The notes below the pieces were generated by a model that did not search any database, was not told where the DNA came from, and saw only the letters and a program-made list of their open reading frames with translations. Of a stretch of 64,000 nucleotides of DNA, positions 28,474 to 37,208 are shown one piece after another (the first letter of the stretch is position 1; every line of letters begins with the position of its first letter). The translations under genes were made by a program, and so were the position numbers. Location: NCBI GenBank assembly GCA_043815245.1, contig JBDRJD010000034.1, positions 1,507-65,506 on the forward strand, given 5' to 3'. Source of the DNA: an archaeon. Lineage in GTDB: Archaea; Nanobdellota; Nanobdellia; Pacearchaeales; GW2011-AR1.

Positions 28474-28557
28474 TTTTCCCCTTTATTTCTTTAATTAAGA
28501 AAAATGAGTATTTAAATTTTAAGGTAGATTTTTAAATCTCGGATTTCTCTTTTATTT

Positions 28558-29379
28558 ATGGCAAAAGAGGTAATTGCAGTTGATTTAGGGGGAACTAATT
28601 TAAGAGTCGCTCTTGTGAAAAAAGGCAAAATTTTGAAGTACATTAAGAAGGATACCCCTAAGACTAAAAATGAATTAATTAAAATGTTAGTAGATACTAT
28701 CTCTGAGATGGATACTAAGAAAGTAAGGGGTATAGGTGTTGGATGCCCCGGGCCTCTTGATGCAGAGAAAGGAATCATACTTAATCCACCTAACCTTCCT
28801 TTTAAGAACTTTAATCTCCAAAAGTATCTTGTAAGTAGATTTAAGAAAAAAGTTGTTATTGAGAATGATGCAAACTGCGTAGCTTTGGCCGAAGCTAAGC
28901 TAGGTGTGAAAAAGAAAAACTTTTTTATTCTGACTATTGGGACTGGAGTTGGCGGGGGGATTATAATTAATGGGGAGCTTTACACTGGAAAGGGGTTTGC
29001 AGGAGAGTTAGGGCATATTATTCTTGATAATGGCCGGGATATGGAAAGTTTAGTGGCGTTTAAGAGGCAGAGAGAGCTGACTAGGAAATATTTTGGGAGA
29101 GAGCTTTTAATAAAGGACTTACTGAAAATGAAAGATAAAAGGGCCAAGAAGATTTTAGATGAGATTTTTTCATATCTTGGAATGGGCATTGCAAGTTTGA
29201 TTAATGTTTTTGATCCGGAAGTTATTGTTTTAAGTGGGGGGTTTAAGGAAGCTGGGAGGCCATGTTTGAATATTCTTACTCAGCAGGTGAAAAGATATTC
29301 TATACTTCCAAGAAATACTAAGATTGAGTTTACAAAGCTTGATCATCCTGGAACTTTGGGGGCTGCTTTGTTAATTTAG
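28558..29379 (+). CDS. ROK-family glucokinase
   Basis: DLGGTNLRVA, ENDANCVALAE, GTGVGGGII, GELGH. Confidence 0.8.
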   Translation: MAKEVIAVDLGGTNLRVALVKKGKILKYIKKDTPKTKNELIKMLVDTISEMDTKKVRGIGVGCPGPLDAEKGIILNPPNLPFKNFNLQKYLVSRFKKKVVIENDANCVALAEAKLGVKKKNFFILTIGTGVGGGIIINGELYTGKGFAGELGHIILDNGRDMESLVAFKRQRELTRKYFGRELLIKDLLKMKDKRAKKILDEIFSYLGMGIASLINVFDPEVIVLSGGFKEAGRPCLNILTQQVKRYSILPRNTKIEFTKLDHPGTLGAALLI

Positions 29380-30353
29380 AAGAGAGAGGTAGTAGTTAGA
29401 TGTGCTGATGCAAGATATTCTTTGAAACTGTTTTTTAATCTCGACAGGAATTCATCAAATTTTCCGAAAATTGAGCTACCTATTGGTCCGAGCCCCCAAT
29501 CAGGTTTAGATGGGGGAGTTACGTGGAGTTGGAACATGTATGCGACTTCACCTGTATTTGTAGGTAGTTTGTTATCTCCGTAGCTGGCAGTTACTACAAC
29601 TGTTCCGTATCCAAGTGGCCAGTTAGCTTCTTCGAATACCCCACTAGCTTGTATTGGGATTCTAACCGTTGTTTCCAGGCAGTTTCCTCCAATAGACGCA
29701 GAGTTTGTTACGTTTGTTCCGTTTATTGCTATTTGAAGAGATGAAGGATTTACACCTGCAAAGTCCTTTCCTATTTCATCTTCTGATCCTAAAATACTAT
29801 CTCTAATTCTAATTTCAATTTCTTCATCAAGTCTTACTCTTTCAGCTCCTTGAGGGGGATAGTGAAATTGCACAAAAGGGGTGGTTGAATCTTCAATTAG
29901 TGTGGGATTAAAAAAAGTAGTATCTCCGTATTCTGTATCTGATTTTGAAAATGTTTTAAAGTTAAAATAACCTTCTCCTGTTAATTCAACAGGGCTTCCA
30001 ACGAACTCTTCTGTATATTCTGTTCCATCTGGTAAGGTTCTTACTTCGGTTTGAGGTGTTACGTGTTTGTAGTCTTGGAGAATTATGAATTTCCCCCCTG
30101 TTGGTGCTGGGTCCATAAATCGCCAATATATTGGTTCTTTATCCATTCTTGGAGGATTCATCCCCCCATGTTTAAAAGTGCCGTGTGTAGCATAATCTAC
30201 TCCTGGCTTTGGAAAACTCACTGCCATTACCTTATGTTCGGATTCTTGAGCGTGTGCTTTTGAAAAGTCAAGTTTTTTGCTTGGAAGAAATGGTAATAAG
30301 ACTAGGGCTAGAATTGGGATTGCAAGTGTAGGAACTGCCGCCTCTTTTTTCAT
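29376..30353 (-). CDS. Hypothetical secreted protein (N-terminal signal/anchor)
   Basis: N-terminal hydrophobic segment VPTLAIPILALVLLPFLP, then a T/G/E-rich beta-looking domain. No family recognised. Confidence 0.5.
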   Translation of the reverse strand: MKKEAAVPTLAIPILALVLLPFLPSKKLDFSKAHAQESEHKVMAVSFPKPGVDYATHGTFKHGGMNPPRMDKEPIYWRFMDPAPTGGKFIILQDYKHVTPQTEVRTLPDGTEYTEEFVGSPVELTGEGYFNFKTFSKSDTEYGDTTFFNPTLIEDSTTPFVQFHYPPQGAERVRLDEEIEIRIRDSILGSEDEIGKDFAGVNPSSLQIAINGTNVTNSASIGGNCLETTVRIPIQASGVFEEANWPLGYGTVVVTASYGDNKLPTNTGEVAYMFQLHVTPPSKPDWGLGPIGSSIFGKFDEFLSRLKNSFKEYLASAHLTTTSLF

Positions 30354-30565
30354 AAAAGGAAAAGTAGAGCTTGTTATTTAAATATTTATGAAGTGGAGTA
30401 TAGAATTCTTATGCTTACTGAATCCAAAAAAAGCAATAAATGTGGAGTATACTAATAAACTTGTAAGTCCCCCTCTAAAAATATTTGGAGCTATGCTTGG
30501 AAATTCCATTATTGCCCCTTTTATTCCCATTTTGTTTGTAGGGATTTTTGCTTTTTAAACCTTTT

Positions 30566-30715
30566 CTATAGATACATCGCCATTAGTTCTAATATTCCGA
30601 ATATTAAGAACCATAACCCCACGAAATATCTTAAAAACTTTGGGAAAGTTAATACTAGAATTCCCAAGATTACTGATACTATTGGCGCTGCAACATTTAA
30701 AACCAAACTTGCCAT
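30566..30715 (-). CDS. Unlisted 49-aa 2-TM membrane peptide (DUF3096-like)
   Basis: ATG at 30715 is preceded by ggaggtttaaaataaa. Translation: MASLVLNVAAPIVSVILGILVLTFPKFLRYFVGLWFLIFGILELMAMYL. Shorter than any ORF listed in the track. Confidence 0.5.
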   Translation of the reverse strand: MASLVLNVAAPIVSVILGILVLTFPKFLRYFVGLWFLIFGILELMAMYL

Positions 30716-30738
30716 TTTATTTTAAACCTCCTTTTGTT

Positions 30739-31872
30739 TTATTTAGAATATTTCACTTCTATCCTGTCTGCGCGGTATTCAGAGGAGAGCATTTTATTTG
30801 ATTCAGTCATAATATGAGTTGTAGCCAGCTCAAATATTGGTTGGAATCTATCATAATCTTCTTCCCACGCCTTAAATATTCTTACTCGCGTCATCTCTTC
30901 TAACTCATCTACTGCGTGTAAGTTAGCGTGTTTTTCTTTTGATTTAAAATCTTTTCTGCAGTATTCAAATATTTCTGGTAGGGAGATTGGTTTTCCATAT
31001 CTTACTCTTAAGGAAATTGGATCTGCACGTTTTCTGACTAGGAAATCGTCTAGGATCTTAAACAAGTGTGTCCAGTGTTGACTTTTATGGAAAAGTTTGT
31101 CTGTATCCATTATTGCTGTAGGAACTACTCTTCCATTATATTCAAATATTAATTGAGTCACCCCCGTTTTTACTGGGCGTATTTTGCCTGTTGTGCTTCG
31201 AGTGCCTTCTGGATAGATAAGAATTGGTTTTCCTTCCCTTATACAGACACCTGTATTTTGAGCTGTGTGTATTAGGGAGGCGCGAGTATTTTCTTGAACT
31301 TTACGTATTAAAGATTCTTCTGGTTTTTGAGGGTCGTGATCAAGTGCTTTTAGGTAGACTGACTCAAAAAGTTGTCTTGGATTTCCGGTGAATGCTTTTC
31401 TTTCTTCTTCAGAAAGGTGATCTTTAAGGAATTTTGTTTTTACTTTTGAGCTGCTGGATTTCCATATTTTTTCAAATTCCCAGTAGGTGTTTGTTACGGG
31501 GATTTGTTTTCCCCATTGTAGGACATGGCCGAAGAAAGGGAAGGTATAGTATTTTTCTTTTGCAACTGCTGCTATTACCTGGCCCAGTATTTCCTGAGGG
31601 GACATTCTTCCCTCTACAATCTTATCATGGATCTCTTTCATTATTACAAAATGATCTGTAAAACTAAGATGATTTGCTGCCAGAAATAATCCGTCTGAAT
31701 GTGCCTTACTTCTTTCAAAGGTATGATACTTTTCAATTTCTGATTCTATGTTTTCTATACCTTCACTTACTATTTCTATACCCGTCCAGTTAAGTAAGGG
31801 GACTGCCCACCACTCTACAAATCTAAAGCTTGCTGGACCTCGTGCAGGGTCAAAGTATCTGGTTTTGCCCAT
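30739..31872 (-). CDS. PlsC/LPLAT-family acyltransferase (1-acyl-glycerol-3-phosphate acyltransferase-like)
   Basis: Motif I NHLSFTDH (HX4D) and motif III YPEGTRS. Confidence 0.75.
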   Translation of the reverse strand: MGKTRYFDPARGPASFRFVEWWAVPLLNWTGIEIVSEGIENIESEIEKYHTFERSKAHSDGLFLAANHLSFTDHFVIMKEIHDKIVEGRMSPQEILGQVIAAVAKEKYYTFPFFGHVLQWGKQIPVTNTYWEFEKIWKSSSSKVKTKFLKDHLSEEERKAFTGNPRQLFESVYLKALDHDPQKPEESLIRKVQENTRASLIHTAQNTGVCIREGKPILIYPEGTRSTTGKIRPVKTGVTQLIFEYNGRVVPTAIMDTDKLFHKSQHWTHLFKILDDFLVRKRADPISLRVRYGKPISLPEIFEYCRKDFKSKEKHANLHAVDELEEMTRVRIFKAWEEDYDRFQPIFELATTHIMTESNKMLSSEYRADRIEVKYSK

Positions 31873-31915
31873 GTTTATCTTGGATATATGGAGTATAAAA
31901 GTATTATTGCAGTGA

Positions 31916-33124
31916 TTAAAAAGGTAGATAAAGCAGGATAGTTGGGAGCATTAGACTCCCCATCAGGTGGGTGCGACGTATTCCTGAGAGAATTGCGACT
32001 AGACCTGTGAATGTTGCAATTATGAAAACAAGTAGGCCCATAAAACCTGAAAAAATTAAACTCATTAATGCCAGAAAACCTATTAATCCCCAGGAAAGTT
32101 TTCTATAGTTAAACTGAGCAATTATTTTTGCAAAAAACCTTGCGATAAAAATGGCTAGGAAGAATGAGGCGATGGCTGATAGCACCACAGTTACTAAAAT
32201 AAGATTAAGTTGGTAAAGTGAGAGGCTTGTAAGCTGTTGTATTGTTGCCGCGGCTCCAGTTCTGGCACGAGAAATTGCAAATAAAGTTACAAAAGATAAA
32301 CCCATCACAACTGTGTTAATTGTTCCTAGCAATACTAGGAATTCCTTTCTGCTTACATTTCCTAAAACATCTATTCCGATGACTGCAGCTTGGTTGCTTC
32401 CTAACGAAGGCAAAAAGCTACAGATTGGTGCCGATAAGATGCTAGCTAGCGATACACGTGCTAGCTCTGCTTTCTTCAGCTTTATTTTTTTTAGGCTTGT
32501 TAACTTTTGCCTTGGAATTTTTTGTTTTTTGATAATACTTGTGATTAATGAAGAGCTACCAAATAAGCCTGTTAGGAGAGGCATTAGACTATTTTCAATA
32601 TTAAGATTAAGCGTTGATATTCCTAGAAATCCTGCTATCATAAAAACTATTAATGCAAGGAATTTGTCATTTTCTTCTTTTAGTACCAAATAAACTGAGG
32701 AGATCAATAAGATGAAGAACATTCCGCTTTGTAGATATTCAAATATTTTGGGAAGTAAGAAAATAAAAAGAGGTGCGAGAAGGAGGATTATTGGGATTGC
32801 TATTAAGCTGCCGTATAGTGTGTAGATTATTGCTTCGTACCCCTTGCCTTTGTTTAGGAAGTGGTGGCCGGGCAAAATTGATAGCCCTGTGTCATCATCT
32901 GGACTTCCAAGAAAAATGCTGGGTATAAAATCAATAAAAGTGTGAGTTATTGACATTGAGACTATGAATACTAGGAGTGCGTTGAGGGGAAAATAGGTTA
33001 GTAAGAATGGAGAAATTGTTAGGAGAGCAAGTGCGATAAGGTTTACGTGTATGCCTGGGATGAGGCCTGTGATGGTGCCAGCTATTAATCCGATGATTAT
33101 TGCTAATATAATCTCAAAGATCAT
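31916..33124 (-). CDS. Polytopic membrane protein, DUF112/TctA-like transporter
   Basis: 402 aa, about 10-12 TM, N-terminal GLIPGIHVN-type motif. Assigned from memory of the family pattern. Confidence 0.45.
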   Translation of the reverse strand: MIFEIILAIIIGLIAGTITGLIPGIHVNLIALALLTISPFLLTYFPLNALLVFIVSMSITHTFIDFIPSIFLGSPDDDTGLSILPGHHFLNKGKGYEAIIYTLYGSLIAIPIILLLAPLFIFLLPKIFEYLQSGMFFILLISSVYLVLKEENDKFLALIVFMIAGFLGISTLNLNIENSLMPLLTGLFGSSSLITSIIKKQKIPRQKLTSLKKIKLKKAELARVSLASILSAPICSFLPSLGSNQAAVIGIDVLGNVSRKEFLVLLGTINTVVMGLSFVTLFAISRARTGAAATIQQLTSLSLYQLNLILVTVVLSAIASFFLAIFIARFFAKIIAQFNYRKLSWGLIGFLALMSLIFSGFMGLLVFIIATFTGLVAILSGIRRTHLMGSLMLPTILLYLPF

Positions 33125-33188
33125 CCTTTATTCGGATAGGTTTATATATTAAAAATTGTTTTGTTTATTAACTAAAAAGGAGGGTAAT

Positions 33189-33632
33189 ATGGATTTGTTA
33201 ACTTTACAAGATCTTGCTGTGAGTGCTAGCCAGATTGACTCTAATTTTGCTGCTTTTGCTGCTTTAGGGATCGTTATATTTCTACTTGCTTTAGTTTTGC
33301 TTATAGCTGTTTATGTATATGTCTCTTTGGCTTTTGTAGGAATTGCAAGAAAAGCAAAATACAAGTCTCCAGGAATTGTGTGGATTCCTATTGTTGGACC
33401 TGCTATAATTTTAAGTAGTTCAGCTGGAATGCATTGGTGGCCTATACTGCTTTTGATAGGAACACTGATACCTTTCGTAGGGATCTTATTTGGCATTGCT
33501 TTTGCAGTATTCTTTACAATCTGGACATGGAAGACGTTCGAGAAGATAAAGAAGCCGGGATGGTGGTCAATTTTATGCCTTATATCTCCGCTTAACTTAA
33601 TCTTTTGGGGAATTGCTGCGTGGAGTAAGTAA
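33189..33632 (+). CDS. Hypothetical 4-TM membrane protein
   Basis: ATG at 33189 follows aaaggagggtaat (strong RBS); the ORF track TTG at 33156 is less likely. Confidence 0.5.
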   Translation: MDLLTLQDLAVSASQIDSNFAAFAALGIVIFLLALVLLIAVYVYVSLAFVGIARKAKYKSPGIVWIPIVGPAIILSSSAGMHWWPILLLIGTLIPFVGILFGIAFAVFFTIWTWKTFEKIKKPGWWSILCLISPLNLIFWGIAAWSK

Positions 33633-33675
33633 ATTTTATTTTTTATTTTTTAAACTTAAGTAAGATTATATTAAT

Positions 33676-34017
33676 ATGATAAAAAAAGCAGGATGGTTAC
33701 TTACTGGATTTTTATTTATTTTTTTAGCTGGTAATATGACAGGATTTACCTTACTGGATGATACTTTAAACTACTATGAAACATATCAAACAGGTTTTTT
33801 AATTGGCGCTGGGGTTTTTATTTTAGTTATTATTTTACTAATTATTTTAGTTGTTTTTAAAAGAAAAAAGAAGCCTAGTAGATATGCACTGATGCTAACA
33901 TCTTCTATTAGCGCTTTAAGAGAAATGGGTTATGATGACTCTGAAGTTCAAGAAGCCTTAATAAGAAAAAAGTGGCCGCAAGAAATTATTGATGAAGCTT
34001 TCAAGATTTTGGAGTGA
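33676..34017 (+). CDS. Hypothetical 2-TM protein with a C-terminal GY-D-E(V/I) helical module
   Basis: Two TM helices, then LREMGYDDSEVQEALIRKKWPQEIIDEAF. A similar module occurs at the N-terminus of 51207..51995. Confidence 0.45.
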   Translation: MIKKAGWLLTGFLFIFLAGNMTGFTLLDDTLNYYETYQTGFLIGAGVFILVIILLIILVVFKRKKKPSRYALMLTSSISALREMGYDDSEVQEALIRKKWPQEIIDEAFKILE

Positions 34018-34336
34018 TTTTTTCAGCCTGAATCTGCAAACTTTCTTTGTATTCTACCACTTCTCCTATTACTTCTACATTTAAACCTGTATAATTGCTT
34101 TTGCAGTAGCAGGTTACTTGAATATTGCATGACTCTTGCTGAAGTGTTAAGACTTTAAGGGATTTGTATTGCTCTTGTTTTATGATTTTTCCAGTTATCC
34201 TGACTGATTTTTCTAAGAGGGGGTTTGAAATATCTCCACAAGATATCTCTTTTGGTTTTAGGATTATGGAGAGTGATAAAAGAAGGAATATTCCGCAAAT
34301 TGAAATTAATAGGGCTACCTTTAGCAGTTTTTCCAT
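34001..34336 (-). CDS. Membrane-anchored OB-fold-like protein
   Basis: N-terminal TM helix, then VRITGKII..LKVLTLQ..IQVTCY..VEVIGEVVEY, a beta-rich OB-like pattern. Confidence 0.4.
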   Translation of the reverse strand: MEKLLKVALLISICGIFLLLSLSIILKPKEISCGDISNPLLEKSVRITGKIIKQEQYKSLKVLTLQQESCNIQVTCYCKSNYTGLNVEVIGEVVEYKESLQIQAEKITPKS

Positions 34337-34409
34337 TCTAAAGATAAGGAAACGTTTTCTTTAAAACTTTCTTTTAATAAACCTTTATAAATCCTAGGCG
34401 GTTATTAAT

Positions 34410-34889
34410 ATGATGAATAAAAAGGGATTGTTTGGCATTATTGGAATTGCTTTGATAGTAATTGCCTTTGTTTTTGGAGTTTATTTTGGAGTTAAGTATT
34501 ATATTAAGTATGGGGAGGATGTTGAAAATATAGTTTGTCCCGATGATGCGATGGTTTGCCCTGATGGTAGCACTGTTTCAAGGGTCTTACCTGATTGTGA
34601 GTTTGGAGAGTGCCCCGATGTTATTATTGTAGACGGAGATGATTCTCAGGGTTGTTCTGTCGCAGGAGAATTGGCCTTTGATGATGCTACTGGAGACTTA
34701 AAAGAGTGCTGTGATGGTTTACAGGAGGTAGCAAATATTCCTGATGCGGATACTAATCAGGAATGTGAAAATTATTTGAATATGGAAGGATTTGGTTCAA
34801 TTTGTGTAGAATGCGGTAATGGAATCTGTGAAGGGTGGGAGAACAGATGCAACTGTGCATTGGACTGTTTAAATAACACTGCAGCATAA
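34410..34889 (+). CDS. Secreted/anchored Cys-rich protein with a prepilin-like N-terminus
   Basis: MMNKKG-LFGIIGIALIVIAFVF N-terminus. The ectodomain has 15 Cys, counted from the translation (CPDDAMVCPDG..CEFGECPD..CVECGNGIC). Confidence 0.55.
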   Translation: MMNKKGLFGIIGIALIVIAFVFGVYFGVKYYIKYGEDVENIVCPDDAMVCPDGSTVSRVLPDCEFGECPDVIIVDGDDSQGCSVAGELAFDDATGDLKECCDGLQEVANIPDADTNQECENYLNMEGFGSICVECGNGICEGWENRCNCALDCLNNTAA

Positions 34890-35224
34890 AGTTTATATAC
34901 TTCTTACTTTTGTTTTGAGTATGGCTCTAAAAAGTACCTATTATTTTTGGTATTATTTCTTTAGTTAGAGCCTTCATAAATTTTTCTTTTGATGGTATGA
35001 TGGCTTCTGATAAGTATCTTTTAGTTTCCGACTGCCCCGCAGGGCTTTATGATAGAGAGAATAATATTTGCAGACAATCTGGAACTTATTGCCACTGTAC
35101 TAATGGGTTGCTGAGGCCAGAAGATTGTAATATTGCTAGAGCCTTTACAGTTAATTTAAATCTGATTGTAGAGAGAACTCTGCGAGATAAGGGTATTCTA
35201 AATGGTAAGCTTTAATAAGTTAAA

Positions 35225-36253
35225 ATGATAGAAAGAAATATGGATATAGATAAAAGATTTGAACTGATAAAGAAGGATGTTTTAGAGGTTGTTGATGAAA
35301 AGGAACTCAGGGATTTGTTAAAGAAGAAGAAATCCCCTGTAATTTATCATGGTTTTGAACCTTCTGGAGAGGGATTGCATATAGGTTGCATAATCGGGAT
35401 TAATAAGCACATTGATTTTCAAAAAGCTGGTTTGAAATTAAAACTTCTATGTGCAGATTTTCATGCATATTTAAATGAAAAAGGAAGTTTAGAAAAAATT
35501 AGAAAGATTGCCCAGCTTTATGTTGCAGGTTTTGATGCACTTGGTGTAGATATGAAAAAAGCCGAAGTAGTTTATGGTAGTGATTTTCAACTTAAGAAAG
35601 AGTATTTTCAGGATGTTATGAAGATGGCTCTTAAGGTGAGGATCTTGAGGGCAAAGAGGAGCATGTCGGTTATTGCTAGGGAAGAAGAGGACCCACATGT
35701 TGCTCAGATATTATACCCTCTGATGCAGTCTTTAGACATGAAATATTTAGGTGTAGATATGGCTTTTGGAGATATGGCTCAGAGGAAGGTTCATATGATT
35801 GCAAGAGAAGAACTACCCAACTTAGAATTTCATAAGCCCATAATGATTCACCATGATGGTATGACGGGGTTGACTGGAGGGAAGATGTCTGCAAGTATTC
35901 CTGACTCAAGAATTATGATTGATGAATCCCCTGAAGAGATTCTGAGAAAAATAAACAAGGCGTTTTGTCCTGCCAATCAGGTTAAGGATAATCCTGTCCT
36001 GCAGATATGCAAATATATTATTTTTCTAAGAGCGGGAAAGTTAAAAATTGAGAGGGATAAGAAATATGGGGGGGATTTAAAATATGAAAATTATGAAGAT
36101 TTGGAAAAGGACTTTTTAAAAGCGGCTTTGCATCCCCAAGATTTAAAGACTGCTGTAGGAAAAGCTTTAGTTGAAGTTTTGGCCCCTGTAAGGAAGAAGA
36201 TGTCTTCTGCAAAGATTCTACAAGTTAAGAAAGAAATTTCTAAGATGAAGTAG
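35225..36253 (+). CDS. tyrS: Tyrosyl-tRNA synthetase, archaeal type
   Basis: YHGFEPSGEGLHIGC (HIGH variant), KMSAS (KMSKS variant), class Ic length and layout. Confidence 0.8.
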   Translation: MIERNMDIDKRFELIKKDVLEVVDEKELRDLLKKKKSPVIYHGFEPSGEGLHIGCIIGINKHIDFQKAGLKLKLLCADFHAYLNEKGSLEKIRKIAQLYVAGFDALGVDMKKAEVVYGSDFQLKKEYFQDVMKMALKVRILRAKRSMSVIAREEEDPHVAQILYPLMQSLDMKYLGVDMAFGDMAQRKVHMIAREELPNLEFHKPIMIHHDGMTGLTGGKMSASIPDSRIMIDESPEEILRKINKAFCPANQVKDNPVLQICKYIIFLRAGKLKIERDKKYGGDLKYENYEDLEKDFLKAALHPQDLKTAVGKALVEVLAPVRKKMSSAKILQVKKEISKMK

Positions 36254-37168
36254 CTACTTTTTATGAAACTCTACTATATCCTTGTCTTTTAGGATATGCT
36301 GGAGGCCTACCTTTTGATTTGGAAACTTGGATGATGGGCCAGTTACTCTCGTTTCTCTTACTTCTTCTGCAAGGCCATGAAATATTTTGTTTGCAACATC
36401 TTTAACAGTTGAACTCTTTGGAACGATTACGGGTTCATGGTCATAGGCTTTTCCGGGTTCTTTGGTGTAGATGCGTATCTTGCCAAAACTTAGAAATATT
36501 TTTTCTTTTAGTTCAGGAAGATTCTCACAGGTTTTTCCTGAAAATAGGATGAATTGCTTTTTCTTGGACTTGAGTGTAGCTTCAATTTTCCTTTTTTCTG
36601 TGTTATTCAGGGTGTCTGTTTTATTAAAAATGTATAACCTTTCACCCTTCGCTTTTTCTAGAAAAGCTTCTATTTTAGTAATATCTTGAATTTTTGTGAG
36701 GACTACTAGGAGAAGATCCGCTGTATTTGCTAATCCTTGATCAAACATATCCGACTCTATTGCTGGAAGGTCTATAAGTTGTACCTTTGTGCCTTCATAA
36801 TGCATTGTTCCTAACGCAGCTTGCTTTGTTGTAAAGTGATAACTTGCTATTAGAGGACTAGCGTTTGTTAGACATGAAAGAACTGAGGATTTTCCAGAAT
36901 TTGTTAAGCCAATAAGGACGGCCTGCATATCCCCCTTTTTTATCCCCACCTTCCCCCTAGTTTTTTTTTGCTTTTTTACACTTTCAATTTTTCCTTGAAG
37001 CTTTTTATACCTTGTTTTCAGATTTGCGCGCATTGATTCTCCGGCCTTATGCTTTGGGCAGAATCTTATCATTTCTTCTAGGGCAATTATTCTTTCTTCA
37101 TCGGTTTTACAGGCGAGATATTTTTTCTGCGCTGTAATAAACTCTGGGGACTGATTTGTTGAAGCCAT
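36254..37168 (-). CDS. DRG/Obg-family GTPase with C-terminal TGS domain
   Basis: G1 GLTNSGKSS, G3 IDLPA, G4 NKTD. The C-terminal segment ..KDKDIVEFHKK is TGS-like. Confidence 0.75.
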   Translation of the reverse strand: MASTNQSPEFITAQKKYLACKTDEERIIALEEMIRFCPKHKAGESMRANLKTRYKKLQGKIESVKKQKKTRGKVGIKKGDMQAVLIGLTNSGKSSVLSCLTNASPLIASYHFTTKQAALGTMHYEGTKVQLIDLPAIESDMFDQGLANTADLLLVVLTKIQDITKIEAFLEKAKGERLYIFNKTDTLNNTEKRKIEATLKSKKKQFILFSGKTCENLPELKEKIFLSFGKIRIYTKEPGKAYDHEPVIVPKSSTVKDVANKIFHGLAEEVRETRVTGPSSKFPNQKVGLQHILKDKDIVEFHKK

Positions 37169-37208
37169 TTTACTGCAATTAGATAGGAATACAAATTTAA
37201 AAAGGTGA

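Noticed and set aside
28512-28778. 88-aa minus-strand ORF overlapping the glucokinase start.
   Set aside because: Overlaps the conserved DLGGTNLRVA N-terminus of the ROK kinase on the opposite strand, so it is a shadow ORF.
30378-30530. 50-aa minus-strand ORF (MGIKGAIMEFPSIAPNIFRGG..).
   Set aside because: Weak hydrophobic profile, no RBS, and only a loose TATA-like box. Not listed as a feature.
32313-32693. 126-aa plus-strand ORF inside the DUF112/TctA-like gene.
   Set aside because: Antisense to a 402-aa polytopic membrane ORF that covers the entire interval.
34923-34972. 8-bp inverted repeat (ggctctaa / ttagagcc) with a 34-nt loop downstream of the Cys-rich gene; considered as an ncRNA or terminator.
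   Set aside because: The stem is short, the loop is large and AT-rich, and I saw no C/D-box, H/ACA or tRNA-like features. Not enough to call.
34997-35215. 72-aa Cys-containing ORF upstream of tyrS.
   Set aside because: No RBS and no recognisable domain. It could be real, but I cannot support it, so it is mentioned only in a finding.
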